A DNA stretch of 64,000 bases from Felis catus (lineage: Eukaryota), in assembly GCF_018350175.1 (NCBI RefSeq), contig NC_058368.1, forward strand, positions 213,096,001-213,160,000. The letters are read 5' to 3'. Shown here one piece after another: positions 12,009-25,239 of this stretch (its first letter is position 1; each line of letters opens with the position of its first letter). Below the pieces are notes generated by a model. That model saw only the letters and a list, made by a program, of their open reading frames with translations, was not told the DNA's origin and searched no databases. Both the position numbers and the translations under genes were made by a program.

Positions 12009-12766
12009 TCACCAAGAAAATACAAATCGAAGCCACAATGAGATACCACCTCACACCTGTCAGAATGGCTAACATTAACAACTCAGGCAACAACAGATAT
12101 TGGGAAGGATGCAGAGAAAGAGGATCTCTTCTGCACTGCTGGTGGGAATGCAAGCTTGTGAGCCACTCTGGAAAACAGGATGGAGTTTCCTCAAAATATT
12201 AAAAATAGAACTACTCTACGACCCAGCAATTGCACTACTAGGCATTTATCCAAGGGATACAAGTATGCTGTTTCAAAAGGACACGTGCACCCCAATGTTT
12301 ATAGCAGCACTATCTACAATAGCCAAAGTATGGAAAGAGCCCAAACGTTCACTGACAGATGAATGGATAGATGTGGCATTTTTATACAGTGAAGTATTAC
12401 TCAGCAATCAAAAAGAATGAAGTCTTGCTATTTGCAACTACATGGATGGAACTAGAAGGTATTATGCTAAGCAAAATTAGTTAGTCAGAGAAAGACAAAT
12501 ATCCTATGACTTCACTCATAGGAGGACTTTAAGATACAAAACATATGAACATAAGGGAAGGGAAGCAAAAATAATATAAAAACAGGGAGGGGGACAAAAC
12601 ATAAGAGACTCTTAAATATAGAGAACAGAGGGTTGCTGGAGGGGTTGTGGGAGGGGGGAATGGGCTAACTGTGTAAGGGGCATCAAGGGATCTACTCCTG
12701 GAATCATTGTTGCACTATAAGCTAACTAACTTGGATGCAAATTAAAAAATAAATAACTTTAAAAAA
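12009..12766 (+). mobile_element. 5'-truncated feliform L1
   Basis: ORF2 C-terminus ([17 protein letters not shown]...[13 protein letters not shown]) plus 3'UTR; 18-bp TSD agaaatgcaaatgattca 11991-12008 and 12767-12784. Confidence 0.96.
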
Positions 12767-13023
12767 AGAAATGCAAATGATTCAGGAGAAAAGACAACCC
12801 CAAAGATTACAGTTTATTGCCCTTTAGGACATTAACCAGATGTGCCTCTAACCAAACTAACTTATCTCAACATGCCTCCTGACTCTGTTCCCAGAATTCT
12901 CCCTAGACCAGCTTTATTATCTTGCTGGTTCTGTCATTAAATGGGTGAAGTAAATACTTGACACATGCCCACTATATGTTTGGTGAATATCATATTTTCA
13001 ACCCTTGGAAAATTATCCTTTGG

Positions 13024-13500
13024 CATCCACTTAACAAATACTTGTTGAACAACTATTGCAGGTGAAGCACTGTGTTTAGGGCAGGCAATAGAACAGAGAA
13101 CAAGATAGACAAGGTCTCTGCTTTCATGGAGCAAACATTCTGGAGGTGCAAAACTCTGTAAATAAATCAATACTTTACAGATTGTGATGATGGCAATGAA
13201 GAAAAATACAAAAGGTGGTCTGACAGATTGATGGGAGAGGTGGTCAAGAAAGGTCTCTCCTTGACCTTGAAGGACATTAAGCTGAAACATGACATTAGGC
13301 TTGAGATTTGAAGGAGAGAAGCCAGCCTTGCAAAGAAGCAGGGGAAAGAACTGAGAAATACAATAAATCACAAGCACAAGGACCCTGCAATGGAGGCTGG
13401 TGTCCCCGGAGCTAGAAGGTCCAGGCCAGAGTGAAATGGATCAAAGGAAAGGTGGCATGAGATAAGATCAGAGAAGTAGTGTAGAACTTAGAATTTTATG
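13024..13500 (-). mobile_element. L2 fragment
   Basis: caaatacttgttgaac..gacaaggtctctgctttcatggagc..aaaggtctctc antisense L2 3' region. Confidence 0.75.
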
Positions 13501-13629
13501 TCAGGATTCGTCATTTACTAAGAACTAATGAAGGAAGAAGGGGAGTGTTCTCCAATCAAAAGCTGAGTGACCCCCACACCTTAGTTATTTTCATGTGTCA
13601 AATTACATATAGGTATTCTTTTAGCTTTC

Positions 13630-13980
13630 TTAATGTTAACATCTTACATACCATGGCACTTCCTCAAAAAAATAAGAAATTAACATCGGTGCAGTGTAAT
13701 TAATTGCAGTTTATTTGGATTTCTCCAGTTTTACCACTCAATTATTTTTTCTGTCCCAGGACCTAATCCAGGATCCAATATCCATCACTTGTCATGTCTC
13801 CTTAGTCTCCTCCAGTCTGTGACAGTTCCTTGGTCTTCCCTTATTTCTCCTGACTTTGACACTCCTGAAGAGTGCCGGGTATTTTGTAGAATGTTTCTGA
13901 GTCTGGGTTTGTCTGATGTTTTCTCAGTATTAGACTGAAGTTTTAGATTTGGGGAAAGAAAACAACAGAAATGGTGTGAC
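13630..13980 (-). mobile_element. L1MC-like 3'UTR fragment
   Basis: ccaggatcc..gtcatgtctccttagtctcc..gtattttgtagaatg..tgggtttgtctgatg. Confidence 0.7.
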
Positions 13981-14930
13981 AGGTTTCTTTTAACATGGGT
14001 ACACTGAAGAACCTGGCTGAGAAATGTCCTGTGACACTCAGGGGAGGAGAGATTTCATGGCATTCAGGGAAAGAAGGGGAAGGTTCATGAAACTGAGGTG
14101 GTGGAGAAGGATGTCATGCTATTCCACAGAGGAGGGGAAAATATGATTGTAAGTTAGGAAATTCAAAAGCTGGCTACAGTAAAAGATGATGGAAAGCATT
14201 ACCTATCTGATGGAACACAGTGTCTGTTAAAAACTTAAAGATCGGGACTTTCATAAGGTTTCAACTTTCCTCCAGTTGGCAGTTTAGGTAACATGAAGCT
14301 TCCTTATGGGGATGGTTTTTCTTCATCAATAGGCAAGGATGTGGTCATGCATAATCATGTTTGAATTTTATTCCAAGACTAAATGGAAGTTGACCAAGGG
14401 TTTTAGGCTGGAGACCAGTATTCCAAGCTGAGAGAAGACTGGTAAAAGCATGAGGGGTGAGGGAGCACTTGGCACATTCAACTAAGTGGATTGCCTCAAG
14501 GGGAAGGTAAACAGAGGGGAATGGTGAGAAATAAGGTTGAAAAGTAACCAGTGGTCACGGCAGGAAGGGCCTCTTACCCCATGTTAAGGCATTTTGGATC
14601 TGATAAATCATCCAGAAGTCAAACAGTTGACTTCATTCTGGACTTTCGTCCAAAACCCAACTCTATCCAATTATCTTGTAGGGTCAAGTCACTAATTTTA
14701 AGGAATCACCAGGCAAATGAGCAGGTAGAATTCTGCAAGTTCATCCACTGTTCAAATATCACATCTTATCACTGGGTCAAGAGTGTTAGCTGATGTACTA
14801 TGAAGAATAACACATCACTAGGCCAGCCATCACCAAAATTCAATTTGTTTGCACTATTGAAAGGAGTGGTTTTATGGCTCAGACATCCTCTCTCATCTCC
14901 CTATGTTAGGGGTATGGTTACCATGTTCTC

Positions 14931-15056
14931 TTTTCCTTTATTTTTTTTCTTCAAGGATTTTATTTTTAAGTAATCTCTCACTCAATGTGGGGCTTGAACC
15001 CACAACGCCAAGATCAAGAGTCACATTTTCTACCAACTGAGCCAGTCAGGTGCCCC
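14931..15056 (-). mobile_element. Short old Can-SINE
   Basis: tRNA-like head (...actgagccagtcaggtgcccc) without (CT)n tract. Confidence 0.88.
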
Positions 15057-15189
15057 TCTCTCCCTTTAGCACTTTCTACCTGCTCCTTTGCAGTTGGCTT
15101 TGTTAGCTTCTGCTAGCCATAAATGTTGGTTCTTTCTCAAGCCTTTTCTCCCCCATGCTCTTCTTCTCTGCAGGATTTTATCTAGCTTT

Positions 15190-15463
15190 GTGTCCCCTGC
15201 TCTCCATGTCCTGAAAACTCCAAAATCCATACCATCTGAATTGTCACCTGAGCTCCAGACTGTATTTCCAACTGTTTTCTGGGCCTTCCTGGGGCACATA
15301 TACCTCACATATACCTGGGGCACATATACCTCAAACTCAATCCAAAACAAAACTCTTTGATCTTCCTCTCCCCCATCAAATTCTGCTCCTCCTTTTGTGT
15401 TCCTCATTCAGGTGTTGGGACTGTCATCCACCTAATCCCTTAAATTAGAAAGCTTAGAGTCCC
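15190..15463 (+). mobile_element. L2 fragment
   Basis: cctgagctccagact..tccaact..cacctcaaactcaa..tccaaaac motif series. Confidence 0.7.
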
Positions 15464-15464
15464 T

Positions 15465-15632
15465 GGGGTATCTAGGTGGCTCAGTTAGTTAAGCGTCTGA
15501 CTTCAGCTCAGGTCATGGTCTCATGGTTACTGAGTTCAGGCCCCGTGTCAGGTTCTGTGCTAACAGCTCAGAGCCTGGAGCCTGTTTCATATTCTGTGTC
15601 TGCCTCTCTCTCTCTGCCCTTCCCCTGCTCAT

Positions 15633-15675
<43 letters not shown>

Positions 15676-15713
15676 AAAATAAATAAACAATAAAAAATAA
15701 AAATTTTAAAAAA
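15465..15713 (+). mobile_element. Can-SINE
   Basis: Full body with (CT)n and A tail. Confidence 0.95.
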
Positions 15714-16402
15714 AGAAAGCAATTTTCTCCATTTGGCTGAAATACCTTATTTCTTATCTTCATCGTCTCTCACCTGAACTATTATTATCCCTTTATAATA
15801 CTTATTATTCCTTGAAGTTATTTATTAGGGTAACTTCTATGTTGAACAACAGGAACCATATAGCTTATGAGGCTGATTCTTGCTAATTGTTTGTCCGGGA
15901 TGAAGCCCAGGCAAACCCCATTTTTTATCACTTACTGTGAAAAAAGAAAAACATTTTCTGATTGCTTTTGGCTACAAGAAATATCTAATTTTAGAAATGA
16001 ATGTCTTGTTGGATGTAATAATCAGAACCCCTAGCTTTATGTAAACTTGAAGCATCTTTCTTCCCTCAGCTTAAAGAAAGAGTGTCCTGATGCGTCCTTG
16101 TCTTTTCCCTCTGCCAGCCCCTCCCCACCCTCCACCCTCCACCCCCCACTCCTGCTTTCTGTGACTTCTGACCACTCCAGGCTGGCAGTTTCTCTGAACA
16201 TATTAAGTGATCCAGATGATGCTTCCCTCCCGGTTACTTCGAGTGGACTGCTCTGGAAGTTCTCTGACTGCCCTTCCTCACTATCCTACCCACCACTCCC
16301 TCCTACCCCCCACCCCACCCGCCTTAGATATTAGGGGGTAGATTCTTTCCGCTGGGTCCCATCATACCCTCAGGCAGCCCTCTCAGTCAGAAGGGATGTT
16401 CC

Positions 16403-16670
16403 CATAATCTTGTGAATATGCTGAAACCACTGAATTGTACATTTGAAAAAGGTGGGGGCGCCTGGGTGGCGCAGTCGGTTAAGCGTCCGACTTCAGCCAG
16501 GTCACGATCTCGCGGTCCGTGAGTTCGAGCCCCGCGTCAGGCTCTGGGCTGATGGCTCAGAGCCTGGAGCCTGTTTCCGATTCTGTGTCTCCCTCTCTCT
16601 CTGCCCCTTCCCCGTTCATTTGAAAAAGGTGAATTTTATATGTGCATTATATCTCAATAAAGCTGTTATT
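16403..16670 (+). mobile_element. Old L1 (L1MB-like) 3' tip split by a SINE
   Basis: tgtgaatatgctgaaaccactgaattgtac..gaattttat..tatctcaataaagctgtt. Confidence 0.8.
16455..16616 (+). mobile_element. Young feline Can-SINE, 3'-truncated (tailless)
   Basis: CpG-intact body stops at ccccgtt with no AATAAA or A tail; perfect 15-bp TSD catttgaaaaaggtg. Confidence 0.95.
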
Positions 16671-17502
16671 TAAGGATCAAAAGGAATTAGCCACCCTCCC
16701 CAGGCAGTGAGTCTAAGGTGCAGATTTCCCCGGGACCAGGGGTGAAACCTGATTTACAGATGCCTGACTTTTCTGAATTGTTTCAAGGAGTATTACTTTA
16801 CATCATTTCAAAAGCGATTTTCATTGTTAAGAAGGAGAAAAGGCAAACTCTCCTGCCCACCCTGGCATGTGACCGCACCCCTATTCAGCCCAAACTAAAA
16901 CTGTATCCCATCATCCTTGTTTAAGCGGCTTCAAATCCATTCTCAGATACATCATCAGGACTTTTTAAAGTAAATAAGCAATGGGTTACAGATGTGTGTA
17001 ACCTATCTGGGTTACTGGTCCCCTCCTTGTGGCAGTTGGCTGGGGCCAGGTGAATGGAGCCCCTGAGCTGGTCACACCAGCTGTAAGCAATCTCATGTGT
17101 TTAACCCAGCATGCCATACAAATGATCATTTTCTATGATTTCCTGTCTCATTTCACACCCTGCTCGGTTCAGCAGGCCAGGTTGTATTTAGATTTTGGTT
17201 AACTGGCATTGTAAAATCACGTAGGGCGGAAACAAATTCCCCTTCTGAGGGAGGGACTGCCTCCTTAAGGCTCAGGAAGTACAGAGCTGCCTGTGGCAGG
17301 AAGAGGTTGGGTTTCAGAAGCCTTTGAGGGTTGGGATAGGTTTGGGGTTGTTGTTTCAGTTTGGTTTGGTTGACTTAACTGATGCTTAACTTGATTTTTG
17401 CTTTCTAATTTAATCTAATTCAATGCTCTCCAATTCTTTTCATATCATGGCACAGTCCAACCCACACTGCCTATAGGTCACCATATCAGAGTGGGCGTTC
17501 TT

Positions 17503-17728
17503 TTTTTTTTTTAATTTCTTTTTTTAACGTTTATTTATTTTTGAGACAGAGAGAGACAGAGCATGAACAGGGGAGGAGCAGAGAGAGAGGGACACACAGA
17601 ATCTGAAACAGGCTCCAGGCTCTGAGCTGTCAGCACAGAGCCCAACACGGGGCTCAAACTCACGGACTGTGAGATCATGACCTGAGCCAAAGTCGGACGA
17701 TTAACCGACCAAGCCACCCAGGCGCCCC
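17503..17728 (-). mobile_element. Can-SINE
   Basis: Full antisense body; TSD cagagtgggcgttctt/cagagtgtgcgttctt. Confidence 0.96.
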
Positions 17729-18229
17729 CAGAGTGTGCGTTCTTAACCAGAGACACCAAGCTCAGACCTGTCTTTGGACTAGTGCCTGAGCCATTTCCTC
17801 TGGATGGTGTGTTCTCGAGATCAGTTAAGCCCTAGAAACACACGGGTACATCCTATACACTAGGCTCTGGCACTACACTTCCCCTCCACCCGACACCAGC
17901 TGTAGGTGGCCTGGCCTAAATGTCCCCTCCTACGCAAGTTGTTCCTTGACTTTACCACAGGTAGATTTAATGCTTTCCTCACTCTCTGTTCCCATAAAGT
18001 TTTTTTTTTTATACGAAATAAACCCTTGGCATTCATAAATCTAACCCTCCTCATTTAGCCAGTTCAAAAGTTACTCTATAAAATAGTGAGTCTATAAAGT
18101 GTCATCATTTGTCGTTTTGCCAAAGCACAAATGGGAAACATTCTTCCTGAAGAGCTGGAAAACAAGAGTGAGTCACCTCCTCTTGGAAGTCTCTCCTGAT
18201 ACTCCATCCCACTCAGTCTCAGATCAGTG

Positions 18230-18925
18230 GCCCTCAGAATCAGTTGGGATATTTCCAGCTCTAAATGAAAATGGGAATAACAGCATTTAATTATTTCACC
18301 CAGCAGAGTCTGAAGGTGGGTGGCTCCAGAGTGTGCTCAGCTCCTTATCAATGTCAGGGCTCTGGTTTAGCATTTTCCCAAGTATCCCAGCCACATCCAC
18401 AAAGTCAGAACATGCCAACAGAAGCTCCAAACAATATGTCCTCCATAACTCCACTCAAAGTTGGATGAAAGGGCAGGCCTCTTTTCAACTCCCTTTTCCC
18501 CTGGAAGTGAGCATTCTTCCTGGAGGTCCTCCATAGGCTTTCCCTTTCGCTTCATTGGCCAGAGTTGGCCATGCGTCCATCCCTAACCCAAACACCAGGA
18601 TGGTAGAACCAGTGGACCATTCTTGATTTAGATTAGCAGAACTCAGGCCAGCTGCAGCAGCATCACCTGGAATTTGTTAGAAATACAAGTTCTTGGGCCT
18701 CACCTTGATCTACTGAATCAGAAGCTCGGGGGAGGCTTGGGATTCTGGGTTTTAAAAGCCCTCCGAGGGTGATTCAGATGCATACTAAAATTTGAGAATC
18801 ACTGGCTTAGGTCTATCATGGTTCATCCTGAGCCTGGGGAGGGTTGAACATCTTGCCTCTTGGGATAAAACCAGGATTCTATGAACTAAGGAAGAATGGA
18901 TGGACGATGTTGGATGGGCATCACT
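18230..18925 (-). mobile_element. Ancient MaLR LTR (MLT1J/K/L-like) split by MER5
   Basis: cattggccagagttggccatgcgtccatccctaacc and aaaaccaggattct..aaggaagaa motifs; boundaries approximate. Confidence 0.5.
18640..18805. mobile_element. MER5A-like hAT-Charlie fossil
   Basis: gcagcagcatcacctgg..tgttagaaat..tactgaatcagaa..ggtgattc..tttgagaatcactg. Confidence 0.85.
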
Positions 18926-19584
18926 TTCTATTATTTCCATTTGAGGTATCGCTAATTACATTTATCCATCAATTTTCTTGCCTGATTCCCTGACCTACCT
19001 GCACGCTTCCCAAGAGCATGAACTTTGTCTTTTATTAGTGTTTCTGTCCCTAGCACAATACAATGTTCAATCAATGTTCGCTAGACAAACAAGTAAATAT
19101 CAAAGTGGCCTCTCCTTTCCAATCTTCCATACCCTTAACAGCTTCTGCCTTCCATTCAAGGAACATTTTCACATCAGCTCCTGTCAGTGAGCCAAGAGCT
19201 GTCTCTTGCAGGGGGTCTGAGAACCATTTTTTTTTTTCTCACATGGGTGCGAGTGGAACATCAGCTTTCTCAACTCCTGTCAGACCTTTATGTGCATTCG
19301 TTTTTGTTGCTGGGTGTCCTTGGAGAGCCCTGGGTACACTAGCACAGAACTGAACATGTGGGCTGTTTAGCTGAGGCCTGGCTGCGACTCCTGGCTGGCA
19401 ATCTTTCTCAGAGGCAGCTGTGTATGTACTCCGAGTCAAACATGACCTGGAAAGAAGCCTGCGAGCTTCATCCACTGCAAGAGCAGCATCAGAGGCAAAG
19501 GAATAGCAGCGCCCGCTCTGTTGGGCCCAGCACAGTAACTCTAACAAACCTGCTGGGCTTTCTGGACCCAGTTGTACCAGGTGG

Positions 19585-20150
19585 GACCCTTTAGGTTGCA
19601 AGTGACAGAAACTCAAATGCAAAATGACGAAAATAAAAGGGAGGAGGGAAGACTTACGGGCACAAATAGCTAACAGTCCTGGGGCGTTATCAGTTTCAGC
19701 TGCAGCTGGATGCAAACACTCAGATAAGGTTTTGGGGAACCTTCTCTCTTCGTCACACAACTGGATGCCTTGCACTGGGCTTTGTTCTCCAGCAAGCTTT
19801 CACAAAAAAAGGCCAGGAGCCACTCCAGACTTATATCCCATCCATTTAGCACCCAGAGCAGAAGGCAAGCCCCACTGTCACAATGTGACAGCAAAATCCT
19901 GGGGCTGATTCTCATCACCCCAGCTTAAGTCACATGGACACCCCAGTGCGTTCACCGTGACAAATTGCTTAGGTCGATGTAAAGTGCCAGCTGGAATAGG
20001 GGCGCTGGGGTGGGTGGGGTTTGGTCCCACTGATTACATAAACTGGAGAGTGAGGAAGACACGGTGTCCCCCCACAAAACCGTAGGGCTGTTACCAGAGG
20101 AGGGGGAATGGCTGCAGAAGAACCAAAACCCACACATGCCCAGTCTATCA
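19585..20150 (-). mobile_element. Ancient MaLR LTR (MLT1K-like)
   Basis: ggttgcaagtgacagaaactcaa start; cagctggat; tcctggggctgattctcat; gggctgttaccagagg. Confidence 0.7.
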
Positions 20151-21358
20151 CTGTTCCTTATTTTGAGTCTCCGAGTAACACTTCACAAAAAAGGAACCCA
20201 CGTGCATGCAGAGGTGGGTATCATTTTCCAAAACAAGGAATAAAATCAAGTGCTTCCTAAAGATACTAGTGCAGGCTCTCTCATTCCCACAGGCTGGAAA
20301 TAGCTCCCAGCCCTACTGAGCAGGGCTGGGGGATGGATGGCACCCACAGCCTCACTCTCTGTAATTCAATCCTCCAGAGCATCTGTCCTGAACAGTCAGT
20401 TCAGCAAGCCCCCTCCCCCCAACAGTTTCTTGGCCTGCTTTACTGTCTTTGTAATCATCAGTTAACATCTGCAATATTTTATATGTGGCAGGAAAGGGTT
20501 TTTTTTTTCCTCCTGCACCCTTCTTCTCCTGGGTTGAATACAAAATAGAATAACAAAGGAGGCAGCCATGCTTCTTAACCTACTAACCTAAAGATTTGTT
20601 AAACTGGAAGGTGTCAAAGGTTTGGATGCCTCCCTCTGCCATTCCCCAAAGGCAGTCCCTCCCAGAGGCCTCTCTTGCCCTCTTTTCCAGCACCTTCCTG
20701 GCCCAAAGCCCTGGATCCATCCAGAAAAGAACCAGATGAAGCAGAAGGAATGAATGCAAACTGAGGAAGAGGACAAAAGGGGTAAGAAAGGAGGAGCCAC
20801 CGGGGAGGGGCAGAAGAGATAAGAAATCCAAGGAGGTAGAAAATGAAGGCAAGACCTCTCTGTACCTTGAGGGGCCTCTGTATTTTCCATCTGCAAGGAG
20901 AAATGCAGCTAGAGGTGGAGATACAGTCTTTACATTGATGACAAAATCGAGGACCTGGCCCTCCCTCCCCCCACCTAGCTTTCACCAGAAAGAAGAGAAC
21001 TAAAAGGGGGACAGCAAAGGAGAAAGAGGCAATCTGGCTCACACAGTTCTGAGCTGAGATTTTCCACCCCAGTGAGGAAAACCAGGCAGGAAGCTGATGA
21101 AATAGGACAGAGGCCACCCCCTGGATCTCCAGCACCCCCCACCCTGGCCTGGTGAACCCTCTAATGGACATCCTTCCAGACTTGGGGTCTGGGCTTCATC
21201 AGCGTATCAATTTGTGGCGTGGATCAGACAGCTACTTCCTTTCCAACACAGGGGTAACCAATAGGATCTCATGTTTATTTTCCTCAAGATCATTCAGCTA
21301 GTACATTGCAAAGCATCATGAAAAGGGGTGTTTTGCTGATTTAAAAATATCTAGCACA

Positions 21359-21571
21359 GGGGCGCCTGCGTGGCTCTGCAGGTTATGAGTTTCACTCTTG
21401 ATTTTCTGCTCAGGTCACGCATGATCTCATGGTTGGTGGGATCGAAGCTGGAGTCAGGCTCTGTGCTAGAGCAGATCCTGCTTTGGATTCTCTCTCTCCC
21501 TCTCTCTCTCTCCCTCCCCCACTCATGCTCTCTCTCTTTCTCTCTCTCTCAGAATATAAACTTAAAAAAAT
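21359..21571 (+). mobile_element. Can-SINE
   Basis: TSD aaaatatctagcaca/aaaatatctagtaca. Confidence 0.94.
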
Positions 21572-23524
21572 AAAAATATCTAGTACATTCATTTTTCATA
21601 TAAGTATATTTCTTCTCCTTAATTGAACCGATAACCCTCCCCCAAATATGTACATGACAGGTCCTTTCCAAAGGAACTCGCTCTGTCTTCCCAGCAGCAA
21701 AGAGGAAGATCACATCTCTCTTCCCGGGACCTATTTTCTTCTCTACAGACCCCAAAGACTCATTTCGTTTTCCTCCTCTCCTCCTCACTGCTGCTACCTT
21801 CTCTGTGTTTTCTGTCTGTAGTGATCAGAGTTGTGAGTGGCTGACAAGAACTCCCTCTAGTCAATTAATTAATTAAAGCTATCAGGTAGACTTATGCATT
21901 TCTGAGAAGACTGTGGAGGGAACCAGCCTTGGATTAGGGAAGCATCCTAGCAAACTAACAATAACTTCACTATTGCCACTGCAGGCCGCTTAGTGTCTCT
22001 TGGCAGGATTCTCTTTATAATCCCAGGGAGTGCTACTCACATGGTAGACATCATAGGTTACGTATTTCAATTTCCAGCAGATGATGTGTTATTCTAATGC
22101 ATCAGTGTGTCCTAATGACAATCTTTTTTATGGTTGGAATTGAAGTGCTTTAGGCCACATTAGATATCTTTTTCTAGGTGATCCGAAGATGCTGTATAAC
22201 TTAGCAGTAACCATGCCCACGACATCAGATATTAAACAATAGAGACCCCACCACAGTTGTTCCAGCAGAATCAAAACCTCCACGGTGGCGCTCTCCAGAA
22301 AATACAGCCTCCCGGCCCTCAGCCGGAGCCTCATTTCCACCTCGAAGTCTCATGGGATGAGGGGTCTGAGGAGCCCTAGCTGTGCAGGAGTCTGGTAACT
22401 ATAGGCTCCTCCAGCCCCCACAAACAGGAATGTGTGAATGGTGTCCTGTAAAATCACCCACAGAGGCAGCCCCTAAGATTTGCAGTGGAGGGCACCATGT
22501 CTCCCCTGTCTCACCTTCTCATGCTACTAAAAAATATCATTCAGCATCTGTTCTTTAAAAAGTTCTGCTGATCCTTATGGTGAAAATCTGAGGAGGCATG
22601 CAAAAAAGAGATTTTGGAATCAGCAAAAATATCCCTTTTTATGGTGCATTATGCTTCGCAATTTACTAGTTGAATGTTGTAGGATACAAGGCTATGGAAC
22701 ATCTCAAAAAGATCTCTCTGTATTATTTTTTCAGTCTAGGTTGAATTGCAAATGGAGCTTCTGGTCCCACTAGGTAATCAGAGCACACACATTAATAATC
22801 TATCACTGACCACACCTGACACCTCATCCGAATGACAGTAAAGAGAACAGAGGAGAGGCCTTGCAGCTGAGGGAGTTCAGAGGCAGGCCTGTGAACGTAG
22901 GAAGCCACTGCCTTGAATATACAGGGAAGGTCTAACTCTCAGGGAGAAGCCCGAAGCCCTTCTGAGGGTCTGTGTCAAACTGTCAGGCTGTCCCTAAACA
23001 GCATGACCATGCAGCTGCCACGTCTGCTGACTTTCCATGCTGTCATAGGCAGTAAGGAAACAACCAGCCCGAGCAGATACAGTTTATTACTCCCAACATG
23101 GCAGGCAGCAGGAGCCCCAAAAGTTTCCACCAGATCCACCTGCCCCCCCCCAGCCCTCAGGGGGATGATGTGGAGCCATCTGGGTGAATACTGCCCACAC
23201 AGAGGTCATACCACAGCTGAGGAAACCCCCAATCTTATAAGGGAACTGCTAGCAAAATATCCCCCCCTTCCCAGGCCCTAGAGGAAGACAGTATCTTCAT
23301 TATACTGGTCAGGAAACAAGACTGTCTTCTGACCCAGAGAATGACATTGCTGGCTTCCAAGTATGATTGCCATGCAAACAATCTGGAAAAGGTTGTCCCG
23401 ACAAAAGGCTGTCATAAAATGTGTAGAAACACCAGAAGAATTGCCTCACAACATACTGTGGGTATGACAGAGGCAGATGGAGAAGTGAGGAGGAAAACGA
23501 GGAGTCTACTAAATGTCTGTAGGA

Positions 23525-23735
23525 GGGGCGCCTGGGTGGCTGAGTCAGTTGACTGCCCAACTCTTGACTTTGGCTCAGGTCATGATCTCACGGCTTATGA
23601 GATCGAGCCCTGCACTGAGCTCTGCACTGACAGCGTGAAGCCTGCTTAGGATTCTCTCTCTCCTCTCTCTGCCCCTCCCATCGCCCTTGCTCTCTCTCTC
23701 TCAAAATAAATAAATAAACTTAAAAAAAAAATGTT
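23525..23735 (+). mobile_element. Can-SINE
   Basis: TSD aaatgtctgtagga/aaaagtctgcagga. Confidence 0.94.
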
Positions 23736-23871
23736 AAAAGTCTGCAGGAAGGGTGACACGTAGCTACTGCTCTGGCCCCAGGGTGGCTGGATGGGGAGTT
23801 GTAAGCTGGGGGGCTTTGCACCACCTCAGATTTCAGAATCAGTTGTAGAGGATTGCCCCTGATGAGGTTTT

Positions 23872-24106
23872 TTTGGGTTTGTTGGGATTTTTTTTTTTTT
23901 TAGTTTACTTATTTATTTTGAGAGAGAGAGAGTGTGTGTGTGAGTTGGGGAGGGGTAGAGAGAAGGGAGAGAGAGAGAGAACCAAGCAGATTCTGCACTG
24001 TCAGCAGAGAGCCGGATATGGGTCTGGAACTCGCAAACAGTGAGATCATAACCTGAGCTGAAATCAGGAGTCAGATGCTTAACCGATGGAGCCACCCAGG
24101 CCCCCC
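23872..24106 (-). mobile_element. Can-SINE
   Basis: Antisense body; TSD core tgatgag..tttt on both sides. Confidence 0.93.
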
Positions 24107-24485
24107 AACCCGTGATGAGTTTTAAAGCTCCTTTCAGGGAGTTTATTGACGTCTCAGGATGGTATATTTTGAGGATTAGCCAATGGTAAGACAAATAGGG
24201 GCTGAGCTAAGGTTTAGGGATGGACAGGAATCACCAGTTGTCATGACATTGGGTGAGATGTGGGCTACCTTAAGAAGTTCTCAAAGCACAGCTGCCTTAG
24301 CCCCTGAGCACAGATAATGACAGGTAATAACTCAGCTCCCACTCACTTCTGGAGGCCTTGAATAAAGCCTCTTATCCCATCTAAGAGGCCATTTTGGGTC
24401 AGGCTTTGTCTCAGGAACTTCTCAAATCTCTCTCCTCATTCTTCTCCTCTCCTGGAGACTTTGACCTTTTAGAATCAAGCTAGAT

Positions 24486-24697
24486 GGGGGTACCTGGGTG
24501 GTTCAGTTCGACTTCAGCTCAGGTCATGATCTCTCAGTTCGTGGGTTCAGGCCCCATGTAAGGCTCTGTGCTGACAGCTCAGAGCCTGGAACCTACTTTG
24601 GATTCTGTATCTCCCTCTCTCTTTGCCCCTCCCCCACTCACACTCAGTGTGTGTGTCTCTCTCTCAAAAATAAACATTAAAAAAAATTTTTTTTTGA
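24486..24697 (+). mobile_element. Can-SINE
   Basis: TSD agaatcaagctaga/agaatcaagctgga. Confidence 0.94.
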
Positions 24698-24729
24698 AGA
24701 ATCAAGCTGGACAAAGTTTGGAGCAACAA

Positions 24730-25235
24730 ATTATGTAATTATGGTTACAAAACAGAATGTAAACTTTTACCAGCTTTGACAATGTGAAAACAAAATGATA
24801 GACGTTGGAAATTGGGAAGTAGAGCATGGAGAGAAGAGTTTAAGGGAAAGGCAATCTTTTTTGACTTTTAATAAAGTCACAGAGATAATGCCTAAAATCA
24901 TTGGAACAAGAAAGAGACATGTATGTCCGTCACTTAAAAGAGTAACCACAAGAAGAACTGAAAATGACAATGTACATCTACTGGGAGAGGGGTGTGAGCA
25001 CGCTAGATCCTTATCGTTCACAACAGGAAGTCAAGAGATAATGTCTAACATTGATGAATCAAGAAACAGCAGTGTGAGCATAACAGACACACAGAGGTAA
25101 TTACCTTAAAACTGAACCCAAGAATCTGCCTCTGGGTATCAGAGTATATTCCTGGTACACAAGAGTAGAACATTGTAGAATTTAAATTAAAAAAAAAAAA
25201 CAACCATGTGCTTATATTACTTTGTTAAATACATT
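24730..25235 (+). mobile_element. HAL1-like (half-L1) 3' region
   Basis: Two diverged copies of the unit gtca..gagataatg.cta....tg...caagaaa, then gcctctggg and accatgtg..tatattactttg. Confidence 0.6.
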
Positions 25236-25239
25236 AAAT

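Noticed and set aside
19239..21171. 178-aa and 185-aa minus-strand ORFs
   Set aside because: The first overlaps an ancient MaLR LTR and the second is low-complexity purine/pyrimidine-biased sequence; no domain recognised.
22276..22500. CTCF-like motifs (ctccacggtggcgct; gcagtggagggcacca)
   Set aside because: Both mismatch core consensus positions; not supportable without ChIP data.
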